A DNA stretch of 64,000 nt from the NCBI GenBank assembly GCA_012295275.1, contig CM022671.1:25792001-25856000 (forward strand), written 5' to 3'. The notes under the pieces are model-generated. The model searched no databases and was not told the origin of the DNA. It worked only from the letters and a program-made list of their open reading frames with translations. How positions within the stretch are numbered: position 1 is the stretch's first letter; each line of letters opens with the position of its first letter. A program made the position numbers and the translations under genes. The DNA comes from Chrysomallon squamiferum (Eukaryota; Animalia; Mollusca). This document shows, in pieces, positions 13,670 through 26,675 of the stretch.

Positions 13670-14223
13670 ATGTCTCTCCGGGTTATAAACACAAGCAAAG
13701 TCTACTTAAGAAGGTTTGGCATGGACCCAATATTTGCCCAAATAGACGACCGTCAGGTGAAAGTTGGGCCTTTACAGATGGGCAATTCAGGATTTGTATT
13801 CATAAGAAAGACAGCAAAAGCTTCAACAAGAAGTCACGGGATGAAATTATTAATTTCCTGAGGATAAAAATAAGGGGTAAAACATTTGCGATCGTTCCTA
13901 AAATAGAACCAAACAGCGACGTTCTTCAAGTCGAGCTTCAACGTATAAAAGAATCTGACGATCAAAACGATCCAAAGCTTTGGTTTGTTTTAAAACTCAA
14001 CGACGGATTTGAAATGCTCGAATCGTTTTCAGTGCCGGGATATTACTTAAGTATTGACGAACAAGGAGTTGATCTCAGAAGATTAGAAGAATTGCCTGCT
14101 GGAGAAAATTACTGTATTGAGATGTGGCCAGTGGAGAAATCTAGATCACACGTATTTAACCGAATGAAATTTGCAGTTTCTAAAGCACTGAGATCGCCGT
14201 GTGTATGTGGAAACAATGAATAA
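13670..14223 (+). pseudogene. IL-1-like beta-trefoil gene, copy 1 (A-type), frameshifted
   Basis: The N-half is in ORF 13646-13861 and the C-half in ORF 13630-14223. Against copy 3 (ATT TCG CTG AGG) one G is missing at 13857/13858 (ATT TC- CTG AGG). The upstream ATG used by copy 3 is also deleted. Confidence 0.8.
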
Positions 14224-15494
14224 TAACCACAGTAACATTTCAAGCATTGATTCAAGAATCCGGAGAAAGATCCCATTAACAGAGGTGGCACTTGGGAGAA
14301 AACCGACATTACATTATTCTCCAGTCCAGGTGTTCAGAAAAAGTGGTCACTTTATTGGGATAAATATAACTTTATAAAGAAAGTGGGGAAAAAACCCCAA
14401 CATGGAGTGTTTTAATAACATTTTTAAGTGTACAGTTTTATCACATCACATGTATGTGTTTACAGTTGAAGCACTGATGCCTCAACCCCCACTTGAGTTA
14501 TTCCTGCAATATTTTACAATACGTGATTTGTGATATATTACTGTCTTGAATTAAGGAATCAGTTACCACTTTTCAGGAATCAAAAATAGAATTCCAAGGA
14601 AAGGTACTTGTACATTTGATTTTGTTTTTTTTCTTTAAATTTTAATTTTAATTATGATGTTTCATAACTATAAAGCAGGAAGGACATTATTATGGCAGTG
14701 TGCTGTTATTCACTTTTAAGTCTGTAACCTCGTACATACAGAAGGATGGTCAGTGATAAAACATAAAGACGGTACATTATACAAAATGGCTACAACTCAA
14801 AAACTCTTGCCATTCGTTCTTTGTGCATGTGCTCTAACTGTAACTATCCTTGACATAGAAAGTGATATTTGATATTAATTTTCTGTCTATTTCTATATTT
14901 TATCTTTATCCACATTTCTCACAAACTACTCTTTATGTTATCAACTTATCTATCTATGTTTTACCCTCCTGTTCTCAAAATAACCAATTAATCAGTAAAG
15001 CAGTGACTTTGAATAACATTTTAAAAAGTAAATTACAAGTAACTAATCGAAGTAAATATAGTTCCGTGCCTGAAAATACAAAAATTTGTCCAGTTATCAT
15101 ATCTTGTCAGTACGTACATATGTATATTTGCTAATTATTATAATAGTATCGATTATTTTTCAAAGGTTGATAACTCTACATACTCAGTTTCTTTAGAGAA
15201 CAAGAGTTACTTGCTCTCTTTTGAAAATTATGCACATATTGAAAAACAAATAATAAGCCATGTAATATATAGGTTTTTAATTTTATAATTTATATACTGT
15301 ACATATTCAAAGAATTAAAAAAAAAAAAAAAAAAAAAACTACCTCTATATATCTACAGATTTTTCTTCGTTTTTAAATTTATATTTTAAAAATACTATCT
15401 ATAGGCCTCTCTTTATTGTTTTAAATAATTTGCATTGTAATTACTTAGTGTCATCTAATTATAGGTTATATTTCTTTACTTTTTACAGACCTAT

Positions 15495-15532
<38 letters not shown>

Positions 15533-16003
15533 TATATGTCATATTATATTAATCAGAAAATATTTTTGAAGTTATTGTATTGCTTAATTATATCGTATAA
15601 TAAGACTGTTTTGTTTTTCTCAAAATAGTTTCTAGATATTTATAATACGATTAACGTAAGATATTTTTAATGTATATTTCTCTGATAATTGTTATAATAA
15701 ATAAAATAAAACCAAAACCAAAACAAAAAGAAGGAAGTGTTGTTGTTATTGTTGTTTGTTGGAGTTTATGTGTGGGTTTTTCCACGGAAGAGTCACTAAC
15801 ACATTTTCCAATAAAATTTAAAACTCACCCCCTTTTCGGTTTCTAAATATAGATGGGGTTTCACCAACACAAAAATAAACACAACTGGAATAGTAATATT
15901 GCTGTCGTGATATTAAAATTAAAAGCTATAAAAGTCATTTATTCCTGTATTAAACGTTGAACCAAGTCGAAGTTGACGAAACGTCTTCGCTCAGACAAAC
16001 ATA

Positions 16004-16552
16004 ATGCCTCTGGTGACTACGAACACTGATAAAGTCTACCTACGAAGGTCTGGAATGGATTCAAATTACGCCAAAATAGACTACATTCAGATGAAGCTGA
16101 GAGCTGAACCTTTAGAGATGGGCGATAAAAGATTTATATTCATAAGAATGACAGCACGCTTTTTCAAAAACAAAGACGAGATAATACCATTAGTTTCGCT
16201 GAGATCGAAAAAAAATGGTGAAACATTTGCGATCGTTCCTAAAATAGAACCAAACAGCGACGTTCTTGAAGTCGAGCTTCAACGTATAAAAGAATCTGAC
16301 GATCAAAACGATCCAAAGCTTTGGTTTGTTTTAAAACTCAACGATGCATCTGAAAGGCTCGAATCGTTTTCAGTGCCGGGATATTACTTAAGTATTGACG
16401 AACAAGGAGTTGATCTCAGAAGATTAGAAGAATTGCCTGCTGGAGACAATTACTGCATTGAAATGTGGCCAGTGGAGAAATCTAGATCAAACGTATTTAA
16501 CCGAATGAAATCTGCAGTTTCTAATGCACTGAGATCGCTGTCGAAACTATGA
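16004..16552 (+). CDS. IL-1-like beta-trefoil protein, copy 2 (B-type), 182 aa, intronless, no signal peptide
   Basis: Intact ATG-to-TGA ORF. [26 protein letters not shown] parallels IL-1beta [27 protein letters not shown]. An upstream kappaB-like GGGGTTTCAC lies at 15855-15864. Confidence 0.75.
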   Translation: [182 protein letters not shown]

Positions 16553-18554
16553 ATAATAACCACAATAACGCTTCATGCAATGTCAAGAATCCGGAGAAAG
16601 ATCCCATTAACAGAGGTGGCACTTGGGAGAAAACCGACATTACATTATACAAAATGGCTACAACTCAAAAACTTTTGCCATATGATATGTCATAAATTTT
16701 CCTCGAAATTGTTTCTAGATAATTATAATACGATTACAGTTAATTATTTTTAATGTATATTTCTCTGATAATTGTTATAATAAATAAAATAAAACGAAAA
16801 TGAAAGAGTTGTTGTTGTTGTTGTTTTAAGAGTCACAAACACGTGACTAGAGTAAAAATATATCGAGTCACTCACATAAAGTGCTACACTCTGAACTCTA
16901 CATACATGTATTTCCTTGTACCGGCAAACCACGTAATCAAAATATTTAATTTGTAATACACTTTAAAATAAAAATATATAAAAAATTCAGAAATATAAAT
17001 ACAAATATTGTACAAATATTGGCACACACACTTGCATATATATAGTGTGTATGAATATATAGAGATTCATAATAAACTTAAACTTTTTTATTTATTTATT
17101 TTTAATTTTTTCTCTTTTTTCAATTCTATTAATTTTATTTATTTATCATTAATTTTTTCTTTGTTTATTGGTTCTGTTTAAAAATATTAATACTGCGGAC
17201 TGGGTAAAGTGTGGACACTATTTTTAATATATTTAACCTTATACTATTATTTAGTATTCAAAATAGCAGTTTATTCACTTTTAAGTCTGTAACCTCGCAC
17301 ATACAGAAGGATGGTCAGTGATAAAACATAAAGCGGGTACATTATATAAAAGGGCTACAATTCAAAAACTTTTTGTGCATATACTCTCTAACTGTAGCTA
17401 TACTTGACATAGAAAGCGATATTTGATATTAATTTTCTCTTTCCCTATTTTTCTCTTTATCTATATTTCTCACAAACTACTCTTTATGTTATCAACTTAT
17501 CTATCTTGCGAAGGTTCCGATGCCTAATTCGACATTCGACCTCAGCAGAGTAGAGCTGGTTTCTTAAGACAAAAGCCAGTTATATGTTTTATCCTGCTGG
17601 TCTCAACAGTTCGTATATTAAATAAATGACTGCTATGTTTCTCAACTTACCACTCTCTCGAAAATCATTGACATCATTGTCGCCCACAAAAACTATACAT
17701 CAAAACAAAATAATTCTTACATAACCATAACTAAGTTTATTTTTGAAAAAAAGAGTTAATTTTGGGGGGGTTATTTTTGTTGTTGTTGTTGTTTTAAATC
17801 TAAAGAACAAATTAAACAGTAAAGAAGTGACTTTGAATAACATTTTAAAAAGTAAATTACAAGTAACTAATCGAAGTAAATATAGTTCCGTGCCCGAAAT
17901 TATAGAAATTTATCTAGTCATCATATCTTGTCAGTTCGTACATATGTATATTTGCTAATTATTATAATAATTGTTATAATAAATAAAATAAAACGAAAAC
18001 GAAAAAAAAAATAAATAAAGAGTATTGTTGTAGATTAAAAATATATCGAGTCACTCACATAAAGTGATACACTCTGAAATCTACTGGCATGTATTTCCTA
18101 AAACGGCAAACTATGTAATCAAAATATTTAATTTGAAATACATTTTAAAAAAATAATAGTAAATATTGGCCCACACTAATGCATATATATTGTCTGTATG
18201 TATGTTTATATATACAGATTCATACTATATATAAACTTTTTAAAATGTATATATATATATTTTTTTAATTCTAATTTAATATTTGTTTGTTTGTTTGTTC
18301 GCTTATTGTTGTTTCTATTTTTAACCTTTGATAGACAACTTTCTGTGAATTGCTGGTTCTGTTTAAAAATAATAATATTGCGGACTGGGTAAAGGGTGGA
18401 CACAATTTTAATATATTTAACCTTAAACTATTGTTTTGTATTCAAAATAGCAGTTTATTTATCTATGAAAATACTTTAGATAATCCACTAAATGGAAATA
18501 TATTACAAAGTATGCTAAACAATATTTTCTTTTCTTTATTCTTATTTATTTAAT

Positions 18555-18621
<67 letters not shown>

Positions 18622-19539
18622 TTTTTATTTATTTATTATTATTCTTTTATTTTTTTTATTTATTAATTTATTTTTAGTCTAGTTTTTATTTATTTTTTTA
18701 GTTTAGTTCCGTTTAGTTCAATTTATTTACTTTTCATTCAGTTTACTTTAGTTTACTTTATGAGTCTGTGTGTGTTGTTTGTTCTTTAGAAAGTCTGATT
18801 CGATAAAATAATTAATTCTTTCCCGTAGATGTAGGCCTACGACTCACGGGGAACAATTGCTGTCTCAGATTCAGTGAGAAAAACAGTTGGCAACATTTGT
18901 GCAAGACAAGAAGAAACTGATACTTTTGTTTTTTTATCTGTGTAAAATTCCGGTTACGTCAAATCCTCTGGCCCCAACCCCCACACACACACACACACCA
19001 AATAATCACCATTTGCAACAGTCTTTCCCTGGTTTGGGCTGGCAAGAGTTGTCTTACCAGGTGAATCAATGTAATCATATGGCAGCGGCAAAAAATCGAA
19101 TAATCTGCGCTCGAGGGGAGAATACAGTTCTGGTACCTCCACCCCCACTTGAGTCATTCGTGAGATGTATTACATTACGTGATTTGTGACGTATTATTCT
19201 CTTTAATTCTTTAATTCACTTCACCGGAGCCAAAAATAGAATTCAACGTGCTGTTTGTATTTTCCAAGGAAAGATACTTATAAATAGTGGTTTTTAATTT
19301 GAATTTGAATTTTAACTGTTTTATGATTTTACAATGATTTAAAAATAATAATGAAAATGAACACTACTTGTTTTCCTTGGTTTTTCAGTTTTACAGTCTG
19401 GCATTTACTTTAAACTGATGAATTCGCATGAACGTTACCCTCGATACATCGCTTACATTAATTTCTACACGTGTCATTAGGATAAAACTGTACTTTGTAT
19501 GATCTGTGCTCTATTGAAAATTAATTTGTATTATGCAAT

Positions 19540-19741
19540 TAGATCTATTTGCTGCGAATCACTGCGAAGTTTTCAGTCAAATATAATTTGAACTCCCCCT
19601 TTTTTTTTTCCTTTTTTCTTCGGGGGGGGGTAATTTTGTAAAAATAGATTGGGGTATTCCAGAAAAATCGAAAAGCGCAATGATTTTGAATACAACAGAC
19701 GTGATATTTAAGCTTAAAATCAGTTATTCCGTTATTTGAAA
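19540..19741 (+). promoter_or_regulatory. Promoter of IL-1-like copy 3
   Basis: GGGGTATTCC at 19651-19660; GACGTGATATTTAA; TCAGTT Inr-like motif ~20 nt before the ATG at 19742. Confidence 0.55.
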
Positions 19742-20431
19742 ATGTGTAAACTCTGTGGTGAAAATGTTGATCGGAGCTCGAACGTACTCGAAGCTGAAGA
19801 AACTTGTTCGGCTACACATTTGTCAAAACCGAGGTTAGAAATAATGTCTCTGCGGGTTATAAACACAAGCAAAGTCTACTTAAGAAGGTTTGGCATGGAC
19901 CCAATATTTGCCCAAATAGACCACGGTCAGGTGAAAGCTGGGCCTTTACAGATGGACAATAAAAAATTTATATTCATAAGACTGACAGCAGAAGCTCCAA
20001 CGAGAAGTCACGAGATAAAATTATTAATTTCGCTGAGGATGAAAATAAGGGGTAAAACATTTGCGATCTTTCCTAAAATAGAACCAAACTGCGACGTCCT
20101 TAAAGTCGAACTTCAACGTATAAAAAAATCTGACGATCAAAAAGATCCAAAGCTTTGGTTTGTTTTAAAACTCAACGATGCATCTGAAATGCTCGAATCG
20201 TTTTTAGTGCGGGGATATTACTTAAGTATTGGCGAACAAGGAGTTGTTTTCAGAAGATTAGAAGAATTGCCTGCTGGAGCCAATTACTGTATTGAGATGT
20301 GGCCAGTGGAGAAATCTACATCAAACGTATTTAACCGACTGCAATCTACAGTTCCTAATGCACTGAGTTGTCCGTGTGTATGCGGAAACAATGAAGCCGT
20401 GATTCAAGAATCCGGAGAAAGATCCCATTAA
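19742..20431 (+). CDS. IL-1-like beta-trefoil protein, copy 3 (A-type), 229 aa, with an N-terminal extension
   Basis: Intact ORF from ATG 19742 ([10 protein letters not shown]...), with the same core motifs ([13 protein letters not shown]). A deletion removing the shared stop codon extends the C-terminus by [11 protein letters not shown]. Confidence 0.75.
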   Translation: [229 protein letters not shown]

Positions 20432-21442
20432 CAGAGGTGGCACTTGGGAGAAAACCGACATTAAATTATTCTCCAGTTCAGGTGTTCAGAAAAAGTGGTC
20501 TCTTTATTCGAATGAACAAAAGTTTTCAAAAAAAAAAAAAAAAAAACAGAACAAAAATGTCACAAAAAAAACATGGGCTGTTTTAATGAGATTTTTAAGT
20601 GTACAGTTTTATCATTCAAGAACTGCTGCCTCAAGACTCATTTGAGTTATTCCTGCAATATTTTGCAATACGTCATTTGTGATCTACTATTCTCTTGAAT
20701 TAAGGAATCAGTTACCATTTTTCAGAAATCAACGTGCTGTTTGTATTTTCCAAGGAAAGGTACTAATACATTTTTATTTTATTTTTTTTTTTTAAATTTT
20801 GATGTTTCATAACTATAAAGAAGAACAGCAGGAAGGACATTATTATGACAGTGTGCTGTTATTCACTTTTAAGTCTGTAACCTCGTACATACAGAAGGAT
20901 GGTCAGTGATAAAACATAAAGCGGGTACATTATACAAAATGGCTACAACTCAAAAACTCTTGCCATTCGTTCTTTGTGCATGTACTCTAACTGTACTATA
21001 CTTGACATAGAAAGCGATATTTGATATTAATTTTCTATTTTTATTTTTATCTACATTTCTCACAAATTAATTTGTATCTTTATGTTATCAACTTATCTAT
21101 CTATGTTTTATCAAAATAACCAATTAAACAGTAAAGAAATGACTTTGAATAGCATTTAAAAACGTAAATTACAAGTAACTAATCGAAGTAAATACAGTTC
21201 CGTGCCTGAAAATATACAAATTTATCAAGTCATCATATCTTGTCAATACGTACATATGTATATTTGCTAATTATTATAATAGCATCCAAGATTGATAGTT
21301 CTAAGTTTCTTTAATGAACAAGAATTATTTGCTCAGTTCTGCAGATATTGAAAAACTAATAATAAGCTATGTAATATATTTTTTTTTTGATTTGATAATT
21401 TATATACTGTACATATTCACAGGCTTAAAAATGAAAAATATG

Positions 21443-21480
<38 letters not shown>

Positions 21481-22326
21481 AAGAAAAAAAAAAACTTCCT
21501 CTGTATATATCTATAGATTTTTCTTCGTTTTTAATTTATATTTTAAGAATACTATCTATAGGCTTCTCTTTATTGTTTTTATAATTTGGATTGTAATTAC
21601 TTAGTGTCATCTAATTACAGGTTATATTTTTTAGTTTTTACAGACCTATTAACACACACACACACACACATTATATGTCATATTATATTAATCAGAAAAT
21701 ATTTATGAATTTATTGTATTGCTTAATTACATCGTATAATAAGACTTTTTGTTTTGTCTCAGAATAGTTTCTAAATAATTATAATACGATTAACGTTAGA
21801 TATTTTTAATGTATATTTCTCTGATAATTGTTATAATAAATAAAATAAAACCAAAACCAAAAAAAAAAAAAAAAAAAAAGTGTTGTTGTTGTTGTTGTTG
21901 TTGTTGTTTGTTGGGGTTTATGTGTGAGTTTTTCCACGGAAGAGTCACGAACACGTGACTAGATTAAAAATATTTCGAGTCAATCACATAAAGTGATACA
22001 CTCTGAAATCTGCATACATGTATTTCTTTGTACCGGCAAACCATGTAATTAAAATATTTAATTTGTAATACAACTTTAAAATAAAAAAAATTAAAAGTCA
22101 GAAATATAAATACACATATTTTGTACAAATATTGGCACACACACGTGCATATATCTATGAATATATGGAGATTCATACTATATTTAAACTTTTTTCTTTA
22201 TTTATTACTTTAGATAACCCACTAAATGGAAATATATCTACAAAGTATGCTAAACAATATTTTTTTTTTTTTTTTATTCTTATTTATTCATTTATTTATT
22301 TATTTATTTATTATTATTATTATTTA

Positions 22327-22380
<54 letters not shown>

Positions 22381-22654
22381 TTGTAAAGCACCAGTGAACG
22401 AAATGAGGATTTCCCTTTAACTGTTTTATGATTTTGAAAAATAATAAAAAATAAAAAATACTTGTTTTCCTTGATGTTACGAGGTTAGGACATGTCACCC
22501 TCCGGCATTTATTTTAAACTGACTTGTTCGCATGAACTTCTAGCCTCGACACATCGCTAACTTCGAGTGACCTTAATTTCTACACGTCTCGTTGCGATAA
22601 ACTGTACTTTCTATGCTCTATTTAAAACCAGTTTGTATGATGCTGTTAGATGTA

Positions 22655-22795
22655 TTTCCTTTGAATCACTAAGACGTTTTGGGGGTTTCCCAAACAAACA
22701 AAATCGGGGAAGTCAACTGGGATAGGAATATTTCTGACGTGGTAATAAAATTGAAAGCTATAAAGGGTAGAGAAAATAAACTTGAAGTCATTTCT
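22655..22795 (+). promoter_or_regulatory. Promoter of IL-1-like copy 4: AP-1-like, kappaB, CRE, TATA and Inr
   Basis: TGAATCA at 22662; GGGGGTTTCCC at 22681-22691; TGACGT at 22735; TATAAAG at 22759-22765 lies exactly 31 nt before the A of Inr TCATTT (22790). Confidence 0.65.
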
Positions 22796-22879
22796 TCCTG
22801 TGTTAAACAGGCCTAAGCTCTGCGTTTGAACAAAGTCGAAGTTGATGAAATTTATTCGGTTAGACATTTCTCGACACGG

Positions 22880-23452
22880 ATGATAAACATAATGCCTCTG
22901 GTGATTACGAACACTGACAAAGTCTACTTACGAAGGTCTGGAATGGATTCAAATTATGCCAAAACAGACCACATTCAGATGAAGCTGAGAGCTGAACCTT
23001 TAGAGATGGACAATAAAACATTTATATTCATAAGGATGACCGCACGCTTTTCAGAAAACAAAGACGAGATAATACCATTAGTTTCGCTGAGATCGAAAAA
23101 AAGTGGTGAAACATTTGCGATCGTTCCTAAAATAGAACCAAACAGCGACGTTCTTGAAGTCGAGCTTCAACGTATAAAAGAATCTGACGATCAAAAAGAT
23201 CCAAAGCTTTGGTTTGTTTTAAAACTCAACGATGCATCTGAAATGCTCGAATCATTTTCAGTGCGGGGATATTACTTAAGTATTGACGAAGAAGGAGTTG
23301 TTTTCAGAAGATTAGAAGAATTGCCTGCTGCAGACAATTACTGTATTGAGATGTGGCCAGTGGAGAAATCAAGATCACACGTATTTAACCGAATGCAATC
23401 TGCAGTTTCTAATGCACTGAGATCTTCGTGTGTATGTGGAAACAATGAATAA
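22880..23452 (+). CDS. IL-1-like beta-trefoil protein, copy 4 (B-type), ~190 aa
   Basis: First in-frame ATG is at 22880 ([11 protein letters not shown]...); the track start at 22826 is TTG. Intact to TAA, with core motif [13 protein letters not shown]. Confidence 0.75.
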   Translation: [190 protein letters not shown]

Positions 23453-26113
23453 TAACCACAGTAACATTTCAAGCAGTGATTCAAGAATCCGGAGAAAGAT
23501 CCCATTAACAGAGGTGGCACTTGGGAGAGAACCGACATTACATTATTCTCCAGTCCAGGTGTTCAGAAAAAGTGGTCACTTTATTGAAAAAAGGTTTAAA
23601 AAAAGAAAAATGAAGAGAAAAAGTGAGAAAAAAAAAATATGGGCTGTTTTAATGAAATTTTTAAGTGTACAGTTTTATCACTTTATGTGTTTAAAATTCA
23701 AGAACTGATGCCTCAACCCGCACTTGAGTTATTCCTGAAATGTTTTATAATACATGATTTGTGATGTTGTATTCTCATGAATTAAGGAATCAGTTACCAC
23801 TTTTCAGGAATCAAAATTAGAATCCAATGTGCTGTTTGTATTTTCCAAGGGAATGTACTTATACTTTTTTTTTTTTTTTTAAATTTAAATTTAAATTTTG
23901 ATGTTTAATAACTATAAAGAAGAACAGCAGGAAGGACATTATTCTGACAGTGTGCTGTTATTCACTTTTAAGTCTGTAACCTCGTACATACAGAAGGATG
24001 GTCAATGATAAAACATAAAGACGGTACATTATACAAAATGGCTACAACTCAGAAAATCTTGCCATTCGTTCTTTCTGCATATACTCTAACTGTAGCTATC
24101 CTTGACATAGAAAGTGATATTTGATATTAATTTTCTGTCTATTTTTATTTTTTATCTTTATCCACATTTCTCACAAACTACTCTCTATGTTATCAACTTA
24201 CCTATCTTTTGTCCTGCTGTTCTCAAAATATCCAATTAATCAGTAAAGAAGTGACTTTGAATAACATTTTAGAAAGTAAATTACAAGTAACTAATTGAAG
24301 TAAATATAGTTCCGTGCCTGAAAATATACAAATTTATCTAGTCATCATATCTTGTCAATACGTACATATGTATATTTGCTAATTATTATAATAGCATCGA
24401 TTATTTTTCCAAGGTTGATAACTCTACATACTCAGTTTCTTTAGAGAACAAAAGTTCCTCAGTTCTGCAGATATTGAAAAACTAATAATACTCTATGAAA
24501 TATACATTTTTAAAATTTTATAATTTATATACTGTACATATTCACATGGCTTAGAATTAAGGAATCATTTACCACTTTTCAGGAATCAACAATAAAATTT
24601 GACGTGCTGTTTGTATTTTCCAAGAAAAGGTACTTATACATTTGATTTTTTTTTTTTTTTTTTCTTTAAATTTTAATTTTAATTTTGATGTTTCATAACT
24701 ATAAAGAAGAACAGCAGGAAGGAAATTATTATGACAGTGTGCTGTTATTCATTTTTACGTCTGTAATCTCGCACATACAGAAGGATGGTCATTGATAAAA
24801 CATAAAGAGGGTACATTATACAAAATAGCTACAATTTCAAAAACTCCTTTTGCATATACTCTCTAACTGTAGCTATACTTGACATAGAAAGCGATATTTG
24901 ATATTAATTTTCTGTCTTTCTCTAGTTTTCTCTCTATCTATATTTTTCACAAACTGCTCTTTATGTTATCAACTTATCTATCTTGCGAAGGTTCAAATGC
25001 CTAATTCGACATTAGACCCAAGCAGAATAAAGCTGGTTTCTTAAGACAAAAGCCAGTTATATGTTTTATCCTGCTGTTCTCAACAGTTCGTATATGAAAT
25101 AAATGACTGCTATATTTCTCAACTTACCACTCTCGAAAACCATTGACATCATTGTCGCCCACAAAAACTATACATCAAAACAAAATAACTCTTAGATAAC
25201 CACAATTAAGTTTGTTTTGGAAAAGTGTTTTTTAAATATTTTGGTTTTTTTTTTTTTTTTTTTTTTGGTTTTTGTTGTTGTTTTTGTTGTTTTAAATCTA
25301 AAGAACCAATTAAACAGTAAAGAAGTGACTTTGAATAACATTTTAAAAAGTAAATTACAAGTAACTAATCGAAGAAAATATAGTTCCGTGCCTGAAAATA
25401 TACAAATTTACCAAGTCATCATATCTTGTCAGTACGTACATATGTATATTTGCTAATTATTATAATAGTAAAAAAAAAAACACCCAAAAAAACCCAAAAC
25501 CCTCTATATATCTCTATAGATTTTTCTTCTTTTTTAATTTATGTTGTAAGAATATTAACTATAGGCCTCTCTTTATTGTTTTAAATAATTTTGTTTGTAA
25601 TTACTTAGTGTCATCTGATTACAGGTTATATTTCTTTACTTTTTACAAACGTGTTAACACACACACACACACACATTTTATGTCATATTATATTAATCAG
25701 ATAATATTTATGATGTTATTGTATTGCTTAATTGTATCGTATAATAAGACTGTTTTGTTTTCCTCTAAATAGTTTCTAGATAATTCTAATACGATTACTG
25801 TTAGATATTAGATGCCGGTACAAGGAAATACATGTATGTAGATTTATATGAGTGACACGATATATTTTTAATCTAGTCACGTTGTTGTGTCTCTTCCGTG
25901 GAAAAACCCACACATTATCCAACAAACAAGAACAACAACAGCAGCAGCAACAACAACACTTTCATCGTACGACAGACAACGGGAAACCATTTTTAAGTAA
26001 TGTGGGGTGAAATAAAATAAAATGATCAGCTTAGGTGAGTGTGAAATGCAAAAACAACAAACTTATAAATAATAAATAACACTGATATTCTAGTACATGT
26101 TTTAATAATACTT

Positions 26114-26151
<38 letters not shown>

Positions 26152-26434
26152 CGTTTTCGTTTTATTTTGTTTATTATAACAACTATCACAGAAATATATA
26201 TTAATAATATCTAACTGTGATCGTATTATAAAAGTAATGAAAATAAAAAATACTTGTTTTCCTTGATGTTTCGAGATTAGGAGATGTCAACCTCCGGCAT
26301 TTATTTTAAACTGACTTGTTCGCATGAACTTCTAGCCTCGACACATCGCTAACTACGAGTGTCGTTGCGATAAAACTGTACTTTGTTTGATTTGTGCTCT
26401 GTTTAAAATTAACTTGTATGAATCTGTTACATGT

Positions 26435-26572
26435 ATTTCCTATGAATCACTGATACGTTTTAGGGTTTTCCCAAAGATAAAAATCGGGGAATCACAACTG
26501 GGATAGGAGTATTCCTGACGTGGTAATAAAACTGAAACCTATAAATGAGACTATAAACTTGAAGTCATTTAT
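26435..26572 (+). promoter_or_regulatory. Promoter of IL-1-like copy 5
   Basis: TGAATCA at 26443; GGGTTTTCCC at 26463-26472; GGGGAATCAC at 26486; GGAGTATTCC-TGACGT at 26506-26521; TATAAAT at 26540; TCATTT at 26565. Confidence 0.6.
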
Positions 26573-26675
26573 TCCTGTGTTAAACAGGCCTGAGCTCTGT
26601 GTTGAAGACGTTAATCTGCGTTTGAACCAAGTCGAAGTTGATGAAATTTATTCGGTTAGACATTTCTCGACACGT

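Noticed and set aside
13630-13857. N-terminal part of track ORF 13630-14223 (MFGYTFVK...) as a distinct protein
   Set aside because: It is the wrong frame of copy 1; the homologous frame is ORF 13646-13861 up to the 1-bp deletion.
12762-19189. Duplicated short ORFs 12762-12980, 18954-19157 and 18887-19189
   Set aside because: Their identity reflects the recent segmental duplication; they run into a CA microsatellite and show no domain or clear splice structure.
14862-25456. Recurrent ORFs ending ...VIISCQYVHMYIC (14862, 17743, 25217)
   Set aside because: Copies of a non-coding spacer block; their starts differ and other copies of the block are interrupted.
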